A stretch of DNA of 64,000 nucleotides. Origin: Felis catus (lineage: Eukaryota). The notes beneath the pieces were generated by a model that searched no databases, was not told the origin of the DNA, and saw only the letters and a program-made list of their open reading frames with translations. This document shows, piece after piece, positions 24,393-37,533 of this stretch (position 1 is its first letter; each line of letters starts with the position of its first letter). The stretch covers positions 107,198,001 to 107,262,000 of the forward strand of contig NC_058370.1 in the NCBI RefSeq assembly GCF_018350175.1, in the 5' to 3' direction. Position numbers and translations under genes: made by a program.

Positions 24393-24979
24393 ATAAATTT
24401 TAAAAGATTATGTTGCCCAAGAAATTTACGTATGTATTTCACAAGCTTTCTATTCCTGTTTTCAGAGGATAGTATTATATGTTTTTAAACACCGAATGCT
24501 ACAAATAACGCATCACACTGTCATTGCAATATTACATTTGCTATAAGTAAGATGTACCTGTACATTAATCATAACCATATTTTCCAGACCAAAATATCAG
24601 AGAAAATAGATGGTTAACTTTTTATTCATTGACTTAATGGTTCCCTCACACCTTCAAAAATTTAATGAGTACTTAATACGCAGTAGGCATTAAGTTTGGT
24701 GATGTAAACGGAGTGAACAAGACAGACTATGGAGAGGTAATTATGTTAGAAAATCTGAAATGGGTGATTGCTATTCCTAGATGCTCAGAAATCAAGAGAA
24801 TAGTGCATGTTCTCCATTGCAATTAGCTTTTTTTTTTTTTTGGAGAGAAAAGAAATGTACATTTCTCACAAGATACTCTAGTCTTCTTGATATAGTCATA
24901 TCATCAGGACAAAGCTAATACCGGAAGTACCAGGCTCCAGCGTGCTCCCAACTTTTTAAATGGATTTTAGCAACGATGC

Positions 24980-25810
24980 ACATGTCACCAATGCCCCAAT
25001 TTTTATGTCAGGCCACAACCCTGTGTTTCAGACTCACATTCTCAACCGAGACGTCAACGTCCCTTCTTAGAACTCTACTAGGCATCTCAAACTTAATACA
25101 TTCAAAACCAAACTTTTCATTTCTCACCCCGACACTCCCTATGAGAGTAAAGAGCAAACTACATTCACCCAGCAGCTCAACAGAAAAATCCACTTAGCCT
25201 TGTTTTCTTACTTTTTCGTACATCCCATTTTTGATCCATCCACGAATTCTGTTGTTTCTGCCGTCCAACTAGATCTCAGATTGGATCCCTCTTTTCCCCG
25301 CTGCTAACATCCTAGTGAAAGCCACTGGCAACTCTCCCCACGCAGGCCTTCCTGCTTCTGTCATGCCCCTGAGGCACTTCCCCACAGAGGAGCGATTCTC
25401 TTCAAACGTGACAGTCCTCTACTTCCTACCTGCCATTAGTTTCCAGCACTCTTAGAATAAGTTGTTACAACCTCTCTTGGTCTTCATCTCCTTTCCTGTA
25501 TTTCTATCATTTGTTCTCTTTGCTCCAGCCACACTGGCTCCTGCTCTTTCCTCGAATGCAAAGAATCCAAGCTTCTTGGCATGAGGGAATTAGCATTTTC
25601 TAGGACCTCTACCACGACTGCCCTTGCCCCAGAAATAGATTTTTTCCCTTACTTTACTCAGATGTCTAGGCCAATGTTATCTGCTGAGGGAGGCCTTCTC
25701 TGCCTACTTTACCTAAATCCCTTCTTTGTCACTCTTTATCCCCATGACATGATTAAGTTTTTTCTAGGGCTTATTATTATCTAACATTAGATTATATCTT
25801 TGTCTATTTT
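24980..25810 (+). mobile_element. L2 LINE fragment
   Basis: aggcatctcaaacttaatacattcaaaaccaaac...gctccagccacactggc...gagggaggccttctctg. Confidence 0.75.
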
Positions 25811-26460
25811 CAGTCTAAGGCAAACCTCAGAAGGGTAAGATTTGATCTTTCTAGCCCTAAATGAATGCATGAACTCCAGCAGGTATCGAGGCAAAGGAGT
25901 CTGGACAATAGCCTGTGGTGGCCCTGGGCAACTAAGACAACACTCTGCTTTAGGCCTTGGACCCAGAGACTGTATAGGGTCCCTTTAGAAGAAAACAAAG
26001 GAAAATAGGTTGTTGCAAATTGGATGATATGAAGAGTATGCCAACAGGAAAAGATCATAGTTCTTAAGAGAATCTGACACTTGCATAGCAAAATCAAAAC
26101 AGTCCACAATTGTCCTCAAAATGCTTTAACTGACTTGTAAAAATTGCTTTTAATTCCTCATTACTTATTTAGTTCCATGCTTTCAAAGGAAACAAAAGCC
26201 CTTTAGAGATAAAACAAGTCTGGCAATATGTTAAGGTTGTTAACTACATTTTGAATAGAAAATTGCTGAGGGGAGCAAAATTCCTCTGAACTCCTTAAAA
26301 CTTCAGAAACATCATAGAAAGCTATGTGGTTGTTTTTTTGTTGCTGTTTTTGGTTTTTTTTTTTTCAATAGAACTGAAAGTAGGAGAATCTAGTTTATGT
26401 AAGTATCTATGGGAAGTCCTAAGGTTTATTTTGTGTTTCTCCTAGTCAGTCACTGCAAGA

Positions 26461-26980
26461 CAGCAGTTCTCAAAGTGTGATGCGGGTGCTGCTGAACGTG
26501 TTGGAAATTCTTTCAGGTGAACGCTCTTTTCTTCATAATAATATGAAGGTGTAATCTGCCGTTTTCTTTTTCATCTTTTCACAAGCGTACACTGGAGTTT
26601 TCCAGAAGTTACATAGTGCGTGATATTGCGACAAATCCGATTAAATGGAAAATCAGATATGCAAATCCACCTGCCTTCTCTTAAGCCAAACGTTAGCAAT
26701 ATTTGCAGATCTGGAAAGCAAGACCATTCTCACTGCTGAATATTTTTGTTATAGAAAATGTGGTTATCTTGGTAAAAATTTATCACTTATGTTAACGTGT
26801 AGTGGACATATTATGATGTTTGTTGAATGAGTAACTTCATATCGAATACGTTCTTAGTTTTAATTTCTAATAAATTTAATTTCTAATAAATAGCCAGAGA
26901 TATAACCACAAAAGCAAAAGCTCTGTTAGGCCCTCACTGATTTTTAAGAGTATAATTGGGCCCACAAATTTCAAAAACTG
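26461..26980 (+). mobile_element. hAT-Charlie non-autonomous DNA transposon (Charlie4a-like)
   Basis: TIR-like ends cagcagttctcaaagtgtg ... tttcaaaaactg; internal gtacactggagttttccagaagttacatagtgcgtgatattgcgac and aatccacctgccttctcttaagcca. Confidence 0.8.
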
Positions 26981-27264
26981 CTTATCTAAGACACTAAGCT
27001 ATCAACAGATAGATCCCTAAGTAGTTATTTTATAACTAAGTTTAAGATGATGAAGACATAGTTAAATAGCTTGATTATTTTAGTTACATACATTTCTTAG
27101 GACTCCAAGAAAGTCATGATTTTTTTTTTTTGCATTCATTATGTCTTCCTCTTTCCACAAAGGATTTTAGTATACTCTTAGACTATTGTTTCAACTTATT
27201 TGCACATACAAATAACTAAAGCTTTGCAAACATGAATCCAAATGTGAATCCATTTAAGCTCTAA

Positions 27265-27465
27265 CACTGTGGTCATGAGCACGATTCTCCTGAACCAAAC
27301 TGCCTGAATTTACTCCCCTCCTCTGTACCTCAGTTTCTTTAACTTTAAAGCATAGATACTATCAGCGACTATGTCGAAGGGCTGGCAAGAAGATTAAGTA
27401 ACTTCATACTTATAAAGTGTTCAGAGCAGTGCTAAGTACATTTAATAAATTTTAGCTACTATTAT
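27265..27465 (+). mobile_element. MIR SINE
   Basis: gtggtcatgagcacg...ctctctgtacctcagtttc...aaagtgttcagagcagtg. Confidence 0.75.
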
Positions 27466-27612
27466 AGTCAATATAGAAATGTCAGCTACCATTATACTCA
27501 TTACTGAAAACAATATCAAAATATTAGAAGGCACGATGGAGGAAAAAAGAAGTTGACATCAAAGCTTTAGGAGGTATGATTTCCAAGTAATTAGAAATTG
27601 AAAGATACATTT

Positions 27613-27821
27613 GGGACACCTGGGTGGCTCGGTTGGTTAAGCATACGACTCTTGCTTTCAGCTCAGGTCACAATCTCACAGTTAGTGAGTTCAAGCCCTG
27701 CATCTGGCTCCATGCTGAGTGCACAGAGCCTGCCTAGGATTCTTTTTCTCCTTCTCTCTTTCTGCCCGCCCTCCCTCGCCCCCGTCAAATAAGTAAATAA
27801 ACTTAAAAAGAAAAAAAAAAA
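27613..27821 (+). mobile_element. Can-SINE
   Basis: Head gggacacctgggtggctcgg; degenerate TSD agaaattgaa. Confidence 0.92.
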
Positions 27822-28047
27822 AGAAATTGAAGGGTATATATAATCTTACCATTGAGACAGTATCCTTTTCTGAGAAATCATATATATTTTTGTCCAAAAG
27901 TAAATTTCCCTTTCTGGTACTCTATCTAGTAGCCATGAGATAAGGCTTCATTATGCAGATTAAACATATGGCCCAAAGAAGAAAACAAAGACTGCAGATT
28001 ATGACTAGTAATTATAGAAAAGATAATCCGTTAGGGCTAAATATATC

Positions 28048-28262
28048 AGGGTGCCTGGGTGGCTCAGTCGGTTGAGCATCTGACTTCAGCTCAGGTCATG
28101 ATTTCGGGGTTCATGAGTTCCAGCCCCGCATCAGGCTCTGTGCTGACAACTCAGAGCCTGGAGCCTGCTTCGGATTCTGTGTCTCCCTCTGGCTCTGCCT
28201 CTTCCCTGCTCATGCTCTGTCTCTCCCTCTCTATCAAGAATAAATAAACATTAAAAAAATTT
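28048..28262 (+). mobile_element. Can-SINE
   Basis: Full-length head, body and tail. Confidence 0.94.
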
Positions 28263-28859
28263 AAAAACATCGTCTGATAACATTGCTTCCCAAGCCAGGA
28301 TGCCATAGTTAAAATCATATAGCTAGAGGGCAATTGTCCTGATCAAGGATAATGGGATCCGTGAAAACCAGTCTTGCAAGAAGACAACCTACTGAGAGAC
28401 GGCCAGTCTCATCATTTGCACTGCAGAAAGGAGAACAGTGGGACTAATCTTAAATGGAATGCCTTAGATCATGAAAGTTATTTTTTTATTAGTACTATAA
28501 CTTGTAGGCATGTTTTCCATCCTAAACCGATTTATGTCTACCTCTATACTGAATACCAATTTATATTGAAATTAATATCACTAAGGACGGTTTACAGAGT
28601 GGCAGAATTTGGTTTAACGTAAGAAGAAAATAGGAGAGATCAGAGTTGTCTATCCACCTTGCCTGAGGTAATGAGTTCCTTACCACTGGAAGCATAAAAG
28701 GAAAAATATATTTTTCTATCAGAAAAAAAAATCGTAGGTCTATCTGATTATACTCTTTACCCACTGCATTAATACCCAAAGAAATAATGCCATCACCTTC
28801 AATTGGCTACAATAGAAATAAAATGTTCTATGTGGCATTTCATATTCCGGACAAGTCTC

Positions 28860-29060
28860 CTTCATCTATTCAACAAATATTTATAGGGCAGACATTTATC
28901 TAGGAACTTCAAATATAGCTATAAGCAAAACATATAAAACCTCTGTCTTCACATGACATATTATTTTGAGACAAGGCAGATTAATAATTAATTTGTCAAA
29001 TATATACATGTAGGAAGGTGTTAAGTGCTATGGAGAAAAGAAAAGCAGGGAAGAGGATAA
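28860..29060 (-). mobile_element. L2 3' fragment
   Basis: ttcaacaaatatttata...gtgttaagtgctatggagaaaagaaaagcaggg. Confidence 0.7.
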
Positions 29061-29409
29061 GGAATATTGGAGTGGAGGTGAGGCAATGTGAGTTGGTTAA
29101 AGAGTGAAGGAAGGGTATTTCCAGAAAAACAGAAGAAATGGGAATGGGGATTTTAGGAAGATTTATATTTGGCCATTAAACTGAAATTTGATATTAAGAA
29201 TCACACCAAATAAGCTTATTTTATTTATAATAAGATATTTATTATGTTTAAGTCTTTAATATTCCAAGATAGATATCATCAGGGGTTGTTTTCATCATGT
29301 ACTATGTGTTAACAATTTCTAGATCCTCTGTGTCTCAGGTCTCTTCCTTGGATGCATGCAGCCAGGAACACTGTATTCAAAACTGCAGGGTAGCATGGGA
29401 AAGTTGTCA

Positions 29410-29815
29410 CTAGCTCTCTTTTCTGTCTTCTGACATGTGCACTGCTTCCCTCGGGATGCTCTCCTGACTCCTAAATAGGGGTTGTGTGTCTCCGCTGCAT
29501 TATCTTAGCTGTACGATGCTGTATTATGGTTCACCTTAAACTTGGCCAATGCCAGGCTTCTAAGCCATAAGCTCTACAACAGATGGTGTGTACTTTCTAT
29601 TCCATCGCTGTGCTTGACCCATGGAGGTGCTCAGGAATATCTGTTGAGTTGGATGCATTAATGGCCCTCACAAATCTAGTAGTCTATAATTTTGGTCTCC
29701 ACTGATTGGCTATGTAAACTCCAGAAGGGCAGTCAGTTTTATTGTGCTGTACGGGCAGCACCTCGAACAGGCCTGGTACATAAGTAGGCTCTCAGAAAAC
29801 ATTTGTTGACGGACG
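29410..29815 (+). mobile_element. L2 3' fragments (two adjacent ends)
   Basis: ggaggtgctcaggaatatctgttgag and gcctggtacataagtaggctctcagaaaacatttgttga. Confidence 0.6.
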
Positions 29816-30204
29816 ATGCATCTCTGAAACAGGCAAGAACACAGTTAGGATCGGGTAATTGGCAAATAATTCTAAAATCTCAGCCTTGCATTAACATGAT
29901 GCTTTATGCTATGCCTAGTGTTTTCTCATTCAATCTCAGTGACTCTGTGGGTTGGGGGATGAAATGCTTCATTTCCATTTTATAAAAGGAGTAACTCACA
30001 GAGATTAAAGATTAATTTGAGTGATAGATGTTGTCAAGCTGGAATCTAGATCTTCCAATTCAAGGTCTTAGGGTTTTTTTTTTTTTTTTTTTACTTCACA
30101 ACATGCAAGGGTAAGTTTACTGCAAGACTGTCATGCAAATGGACATTGCTTTATCACATGCAGGTTAGGTCACTGTTGACAGCACTTGGCTCTCTATACA
30201 TCTT

Positions 30205-30430
30205 TTTTTTTAATTTTTTTTTCAACCTTTTATTTTATTTTTTGGGGGACAGAGAGAGACAGAGCATGAACGGGGGAGGGGCAGAGAGAGAGGGAGACAC
30301 AGAATCAGAAACAGGCTCCAGGCTGTGAGCCATCAGCCCAGAGCCTGACGCGGGGCTCGAACTCACGGACCGCGAGATCGTGACCTGGCTGAAGTCGGAC
30401 GCTTAACCGACTGCACCACCCAGGCGCCCC
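30205..30430 (-). mobile_element. Young felid SINEC_Fc
   Basis: Full length; perfect TSD tctctatacatctt (30191-30204, 30431-30444). Confidence 0.97.
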
Positions 30431-31194
30431 TCTCTATACATCTTCGATTCCTCTGTTTTCACGCCCACCTGATCCCCCTGGCTTAGACATAGGTCAAGTT
30501 TGTCCATTGTCCTTCTCACTACATTCCTCCCCTCAGCCGAAAGAGTGCTCTATCCTACATAGTTGATGCCCTGCCCCTTTCATTCCTCAGGTGACGCATC
30601 ATAGATGGATACAGATCTTTTAAAACTTCTTAATTTTTTTAAGATTTGCCCGTGTGATATAGAAACATGCATATTAAAGTTTCTGCCTTAGAAATTTTGG
30701 TTAAAATGTGAATCTTGCCCTCTCTTGCCAGTTATCTGATATTTTCACTGGTTGTAATTTTAAGCAACCTGTTTCAGCTCATTGCAATTGGAGTAATCAT
30801 TTCAGATTTCCTGTCAACTTTCTTGCCACGGGGTATATGAGTAGGGTATTTCCAGACAGATGTCTGAGGTTGGTTACTTCTTACTTGAATGAAGGGTGTG
30901 CTTCCTCTATCTGACTGATGGAAAAACATTATGTGTAGGCAGCAATAACAATTCAGTGTGCTTGGCTCACAATTTATGACTGTTTCAGTACATAGGGTGG
31001 TGAAAGAAGTAGTATGTCCCTCTTTCACGGGAGCTAATGTTGTGCTAGTGATGAGGGGTTAGACATTGATGGATAAGGTAATCTATCCCAACAAATGTGG
31101 TGGCAGAGAATTAAGTAAGCTCTTCTCTGTGTGGTTAAGACTTGTCAGATGAGACTTTCAAGGTAGGAAAGAGGTGAATGAGACCAATAGGGGA

Positions 31195-31400
31195 TACAGT
31201 GGTCAAGAGGGCAAGGAATGGACTTTAGAGTCAAAAATCCTGGATCTGATTCCCAGCTTAGGAGTTTATTAGCTGTGTGAACATGGCCTTTCCTCTCCTC
31301 TGTCAAGTGAGGTTATCGATACTTATATCACAAAGTGAGACTAAAAATTTAAGAGCATAATATGCACAGAGTCTCCATGGACCACGGAACATTAGCAATG
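31195..31400 (+). mobile_element. MIR SINE
   Basis: atggactttagagtcaaaaatcctggatctgattcccagc...attagctgtgtga. Confidence 0.7.
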
Positions 31401-31719
31401 GCAAAGGCTTCTTTTTGAGAAACTTAGCCTTCAGTGTAAAGGTTCCAGCAGCCCTGTCTAGTATAAAGTCAGCAATTTCACAGGTGATAAGAAGCATCAA
31501 GTGTAGACATAAAATTTTAAAAGTTGGAAGGTGGAAATCATAGCACTAGCAAAACTATTTAACTGTAATCTGTACCATGACATTTAAGGGAAGAAGAAAG
31601 AGTGGTGTGTGTTAGGCTCAAGTGACAGTGAACAAGGATCTTCTTTATTTACAAATTGAAAATTGATTTATTGGGTTCTTTGTAATTAAAGACATTTTTT
31701 CTATTATTGATTGAAAAGT

Positions 31720-32330
31720 CTTCTTTAATCATAAAAATAAATCAAATTTTGGTTTATTTTCATTGTTAATTGTGAAAAAAAGGCATGTATCTATGAAAGT
31801 AAGTAAAGTAGAAAGAGAAAATTACTTCAGTGCCACTGTCCAGAAATCTATATAAGTAACATTTGAAGGGATAGGCTTTCTGAATTTTTCTATGCATATA
31901 GCTGTATATCTGTATCTATTCTCATGAATTTACTCCTTTTATAATTATAGCATCTAGCTATTCATGATATTTTTTGTAACCTGCTTTTAACAATATATGT
32001 TCGTGTCAGTATAGATCTGTATCTTATATTGATCTATAGATCATTCTGTTCATGTCAACATGGATCTATAATTCCATTTTCAATGGTTGCTCATGGTTAC
32101 CACAATGTGTTAGATAGCCTATTGCTAGACATTTAGATTGTTTGCAATAAGTTTTAGCTATTATAAACAATGCTGTGCTGAATTTGTGTGCATTTATATC
32201 TGTGCATACTTTTCAATTATTTTCTTTGGCTAGGTTACTTGATGCAGAATTACTCTGACTAAAGGCGTGCGCATTAAAAATAAAAAGTTTGCCAGATTGC
32301 CCTCTAGAAAAACTGCCTGGATTTAAACAT
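31720..32330 (-). mobile_element. Old L1 (L1ME-like) 3' fragment
   Basis: gacatttagattgtttgc...ctattataaacaatgctgtgctgaa...tttgccagattgccctctagaaa. Confidence 0.72.
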
Positions 32331-32547
32331 AACAGGAAATGTTTAAGTCTCTATAAAGTATGGAGGCTTAACTGAAATAATGCTGTTTTTCAGTTTTTAA
32401 TTAAATGCTGTTTTAAGGGGAGGATACATTAAAAAGTGGATTAAGCCAAATAGGAAAAAATAGGGAAAGACTGTGCATAAGTAGGATTACTGAAAGTATT
32501 AAAACACTCTTCAAATCGAACTTCAGGGTAACCTAACAGTTGATGAG

Positions 32548-33486
32548 AGTAGAGGAGGAGAAATAATTTTCCCTGTGCTTCTCTAGGTTCTTGGCGGAGA
32601 CCCCCTGTAATAAAAGACAGAATGACAGGAGAAAAATAAACAGAAGTTTAGTAGCATGTATACCTCTTGTATAAATGTTGGAAGAGATGCAGGAAAACTG
32701 AATAACTCTTAAAATGGCCCAAACCATCACCTTAAATGCCATCTGCAGATGAAGAAAAAAAAGAAAAATGTTGGGGTTGAGGGTGTCCAGTTATGAAAGG
32801 CTATCAAGAAAAGCACAGAAATCAAGCATATGGTTGTTATTGAGATTTAAATGCATGGCTTCTCCATTGATAAGAATTTCTAGAAATTTGGTCATCCTCC
32901 TTCTGGTACAGAGAAGGAGATTTCCCTGTAAAAGTAAGTGTTTCTCACAAAATGGTAGCTTCTATTCAGTTTTCTCCTGTGTTGTCTGCTTCTTAAAAAT
33001 AATAACTCCAAGGGCACCTGAGTGTCTCAGTCTGTGAAGCATCTGACTCTTGGTTTGGGCTCAGGTCATGATCTCACGGTTGGCAAGTTCAAGCCCCATG
33101 TTGGGCTTGTGCTGATAGCATGGAGCCTGCTTGGGATTGTCTCTCTGTTCCTCCCCCTCTTCTCCTCCCTTGCTCGCCAGAATGCTGTCTCATTCTCTCT
33201 CTCTCTTTCAAAAAGAAATAAATGAATAAACCTAAAAAAAGAAACACAAAAACAAAACTAAAGCTGACAGTGCAGAGCCTGCTTGGGATTCTCTCTCTCC
33301 CTCTGTCTCTGCTTCTCTGCCTCTCCTCCTCGTGCGCACACACTCTCAATCTCTCACGTGCAAAAACAAACAAACAAACACACTTAAACAAACAAAACAA
33401 AACAAAAATTTCTAAAAAATAATAACTCTAAAATAATCCGTATACCAAAGAGACATATTTGGGGTGGCAAATTCTGCTCCCTTTCA
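32548..33486 (-). mobile_element. ERV1 solo LTR (MER34-like), interrupted by SINEs
   Basis: Minus strand starts tgaaagggagcagaatttgccaccccaaatatgtctctttgg and ends ...gggaaaattatttctcctcctctac. Confidence 0.82.
33011..33412 (+). mobile_element. Can-SINE followed by a 5'-truncated second Can-SINE (from 33263)
   Basis: TSD aaaaataataactc(c/t)a encloses both copies. Confidence 0.9.
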
Positions 33487-33589
33487 AGAGAAAGTTCTGC
33501 TTTTAAGAATTCCAATTAGTAAATTATGAAGTAATGACAGAATATTTCTAATTTTAAATCTCCAATGAAATAAAGGATCTGGCAATAAT

Positions 33590-34345
33590 CATCAATGGTT
33601 GCTGAAAACACTAGATGGGAACTTTATGATAGATGAATCAAGCCAAGGATACCTGAACACACTAATAAGTTTAACAACACAGAAAGAGGGCAACCAGACA
33701 TTATTTGCTTCTTGATATGACAAAATGTGAGGTATACACACAAGACTCCCTATCACACAGTCATGCCAGATAAGCAATGAAATTTATAGAAAAGATAGAA
33801 GACAGAAGTCCATTAAAAGATATCATAGTAATGTGTTCAGCAAATTCCAGAATGTGTGAAACTTGACGGAACAAAGGACTTGATGGCTTAGAACATTCAA
33901 CTGCAAAAATAAAGAGAGGAGGGATTTATAGGTAAAGAGGTTCTTAAAGACACTTCATACGTATGTAATGTTTTAATGTTATTTGGATCACTATTCTCAC
34001 AAACTAATGGCAAACATATTGTTTAATGAGAGAATCAGAGACATTTCTTCACGGGATATCTGATGGAATTAAATGATTATTGTCAATTTCTTAAGTGTGG
34101 CAATGTTGTTGCAGTTATGAAAAAGAGTCCTCTTTTAGAAATATACATTGAAGTATTTACTGATGAAAATAATGTAATATCTAGGAATGACTTTGAAGTA
34201 TCAACACCGAAAGGTAGAGGAGACATCTAGATGCCACAGACTTGGCAATTTGTTGTTAACTGGCGAAGCAGAAAGTAGGTACTTGGGGACTAGCTCTACT
34301 TCTCCTTCTTCTTTTACTTATGTTTGAAATTTACTATGATAAAGG
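33590..34345 (+). mobile_element. Old L1 (L1MC-like) 3' end
   Basis: acagaaagagggcaaccagacattat...tcagcaaattccagaatgtg...atacattgaagtatttactgatgaaa...tatgtttgaaatttactatgataaa. Confidence 0.75.
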
Positions 34346-34776
34346 GTGAGGGATGTATTTAAAGGCAGCTTATTATGTACAAAAAATTTCTGCACACCGA
34401 GTTAGACACAAAGTGCAGAAAAGAAAATCTACTTTTAATTAAGAGAAATTACAATAAAGATAGAAAATTATGATAATCTAAAAATTCTTTTGCTTTCATG
34501 AGGAGCTTACTTAAACTAAATGGGCAATGCTGGGAACCACATGGAAAGACATGAAAAGTCTTCCTCATCAAAACAATTGAGTGATTGTTGACTTGAAAAA
34601 TTATTGTTTAGATGGACAGGAAAGAACATTTTTTTTCTGTAAAAAGCAATAGCAATAAACAGTAAAAAATACACAAACGCCACTTATTTTTAAGTAAGTA
34701 AACACCACTACAATCAGTATTATCTCAAAGTTATCTTTCCAGAAAAAGTGAATGACGGTGTTTCGAACAAGATAAA

Positions 34777-34786
34777 GGGAATTTCC
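34777..34786. promoter_or_regulatory. Consensus NF-kB site GGGAATTTCC next to AGATAA (GATA)
   Basis: Exact motif match only; function unknown. Confidence 0.25.
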
Positions 34787-37130
34787 GAATATGGAGGAGG
34801 ATGCTGATAAATCCACATCACCTCTCTTGTGACATATGATGTAGACTAAATGATGGAACATGAGCTTTGAAACCTAAAGTGAATGCTGAGACTTTATATC
34901 ATGAAATCTCAATGGTTTAATGGAGGAAAGAGACAGAAATCAGTTCAGTACCCATTTTGTATACATTCAACCTGAGATCTAGGATCCTGAACTAGTTTGC
35001 TTAACGTTATAGACACAGTTAATAATAATTCATTTTTGCACAGGAATATGATAATATCTGAAAAAACCTTCAATGTTGTTATTGCAAATTACTTTGTGAA
35101 GATTACAAGGTGATAGCCATAAAAATGTAATATCATGAATGTGGTAGAAAAAGATGGTGAACACATAGTAAATTCCAAAGGATCAAAGGAAACCACTATT
35201 GTTTTTTTGGGGAAAAAGTGGAAATTAATAAGGACTTAATGAAAGAAAATAGCATTCTGGAGGGAATAAAAGGACATAAGTTGTTTATGTGAATGTCAAA
35301 TGCAAAGAGACATCACATGACCTTTAATGAAGAAGCAAAAAGTAGTAAGTAGTGAGTCAGCATTCTATAGAAGAAACAAAGGGAGACAAAAATGGTAGCT
35401 AGCAGTGTTTTTGAGAGGAAAAAGAGAATTTAGAGAAGTGAATGGAACAGTTTAGAGTTTTTCCTTCTTCTATAATACTTAAACAATTAATAGCACCATC
35501 ATCCCTCATCAGAAGCAACTTGAACCATCAGGATGCTGACCCTTGTTAAGGAGGGCAGTGCTGTTGTGTGATCTATGGGCCATGCTCTATAAAGCAGATC
35601 CTTTTACGCTGAGCTGTCCTCTTAGTGGCGTTGGGTTTACATCAGTCCCTACCCCTGTCTCATCTCTGGGCAGTAGGAGACATTTCCAAGATGGGTAACG
35701 GGGGCTTAACAGTGAAATCTTTGGACAGAAAAAAATTGAAGCTGAACAACCTTCCCGAGGGTCAGATACAAACCCTAAGGGGCATGATAAACACTGTGTT
35801 CTATCAGTTTAGACTCCAGCCAGCCTTGGGGCTCCATTCCATTCTTTTCAGAGGATTTAATTAACTATTCCCTCCTGGTGGGATTTCACTCTCAAATTAA
35901 TCCATCTTTTAAAGCACGTACCCAGCTTCTTTCTTTCTCCGTATATTTTGTTTTTAGAGCACCTGTTCCTATAAGAATATATGATTAACTCATCTCAACA
36001 TCTAGACACTCCTATATTTAGTGCCCTCTTGGGCCATTTAGAATGAGTTAATGATGTCAAGTAATCATAAATAGGTTTTTTTCAGGTACATCATGTATGT
36101 GAATAAAGAAATTGGCATCATCCATTGGAAATGGAAAGACCAAGTGAAACTTTCTAGCATCTGTGCTCCTTGGGTTGGGTTTGGGAGAAGGACAAGCAAT
36201 CAACATGAGCTATGGGTCTGAGTATCTTGGAATGTAAGAAGGTACAGAATCACAGTTCCTGTCATTGCAAACACTTTATGCTTCTTGCACTTTATGATTC
36301 TCAGAATCATATTGAAAGACACAGAAAATTTATTTGAATTCTTGGTTTGCAAGAGATGCAAAGCTCAGGGCTGTTATGACCTTTAATGAAGAAGCAAAAG
36401 TTAGCAAATCATCGTTCAGTAGAAGAGACGAAAAGAGACAAGGTTGGCAGCGACTAGTTAGTAGCAAAACTGTAACTACACATTCTTTCCACTTTTCCAG
36501 TATGTGATCATCCAGTTGGAATATAAAAGCTACAGGGAAGGTCCTTAAGTCATTTTGGAATGATTGTCTCCAGTGGAGTTCTCTGGTGGAACTCCTCTCC
36601 AGCAGTGGTTCCCTAAAAGGCATACCAATGCAGAAAATTTTTGGTCAATTTGAGTTACTGAGCGAGCCTCATTATTGTAATTGACTCATTCACATGTATC
36701 GTTAAATTTCAAGCTCATAATTGATGCAGATTTCTCCCCCAATTCCTGCCCTTGACACTTCAGACTACATTTGCAAGTATTAGACAGTTACAAACTTAGA
36801 GAGGTTATCAATTCCTTCACATCCAACTTCCCTCGCCTACAACAAATATGCTGTCGCAAGCTCTTCATGATTCTGAAATAAAATTAATGGATAACATAAC
36901 CTAGTCCATGTATAATTTTTAACAATTTTGTAAAATGTTCTAATTATACCATAAAAGGGGAATAAATGCCAATATTCTAAAAATGAGCTAATATGCTGCT
37001 CAATTTATAAAACTCAGGTATCACCATTCCAAAAGATCTGTTGGAGCAGTCAGATGCTTGTCCCATTATGTAGAACTACCCTGAGGGCAACAGCTACAAA
37101 CGTTGGTTAACAAGCAACATTGCCATCAAT

Positions 37131-37533
37131 GAAGTGATTTTCCAAACTTGTGGACAGCTCTTGTTAATTTTCAAATAAAACAAAGTACAATCTTTCCTCA
37201 ATACACACAGTTGTTACATTCCTGGAAAAATCAGCGTTAAGTCAAAACATGCAAAAAATATTTACTCCTACAAAAACGAGAGTAAGGTTCTAGGCTCTGA
37301 TAGTAAGTTTCTTCACCTATATGAGTGTCCTATAGAACATATGAAAGTTCTATGACATGAAGAACAATTATTCACTGTATGGAACTGGCTCACACATTGT
37401 AATACGCGTTACCTCTCTGACCCTGGCCCACTAAATGTCTATAGCAACTTCCATGTTATCGTGACAACAAAACACCCCCAAGAATTTCCAAATTGCCCCT
37501 AAGGAGCCCTACCACCCCAACTGAGAACCACTG
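37131..37533 (+). mobile_element. hAT-Charlie element (MER20B-like)
   Basis: ctggcccactaaatg...gtgacaacaaaacaccccca...tttccaaattgcccctaagg...ctgagaaccactg 3' TIR. Confidence 0.75.
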
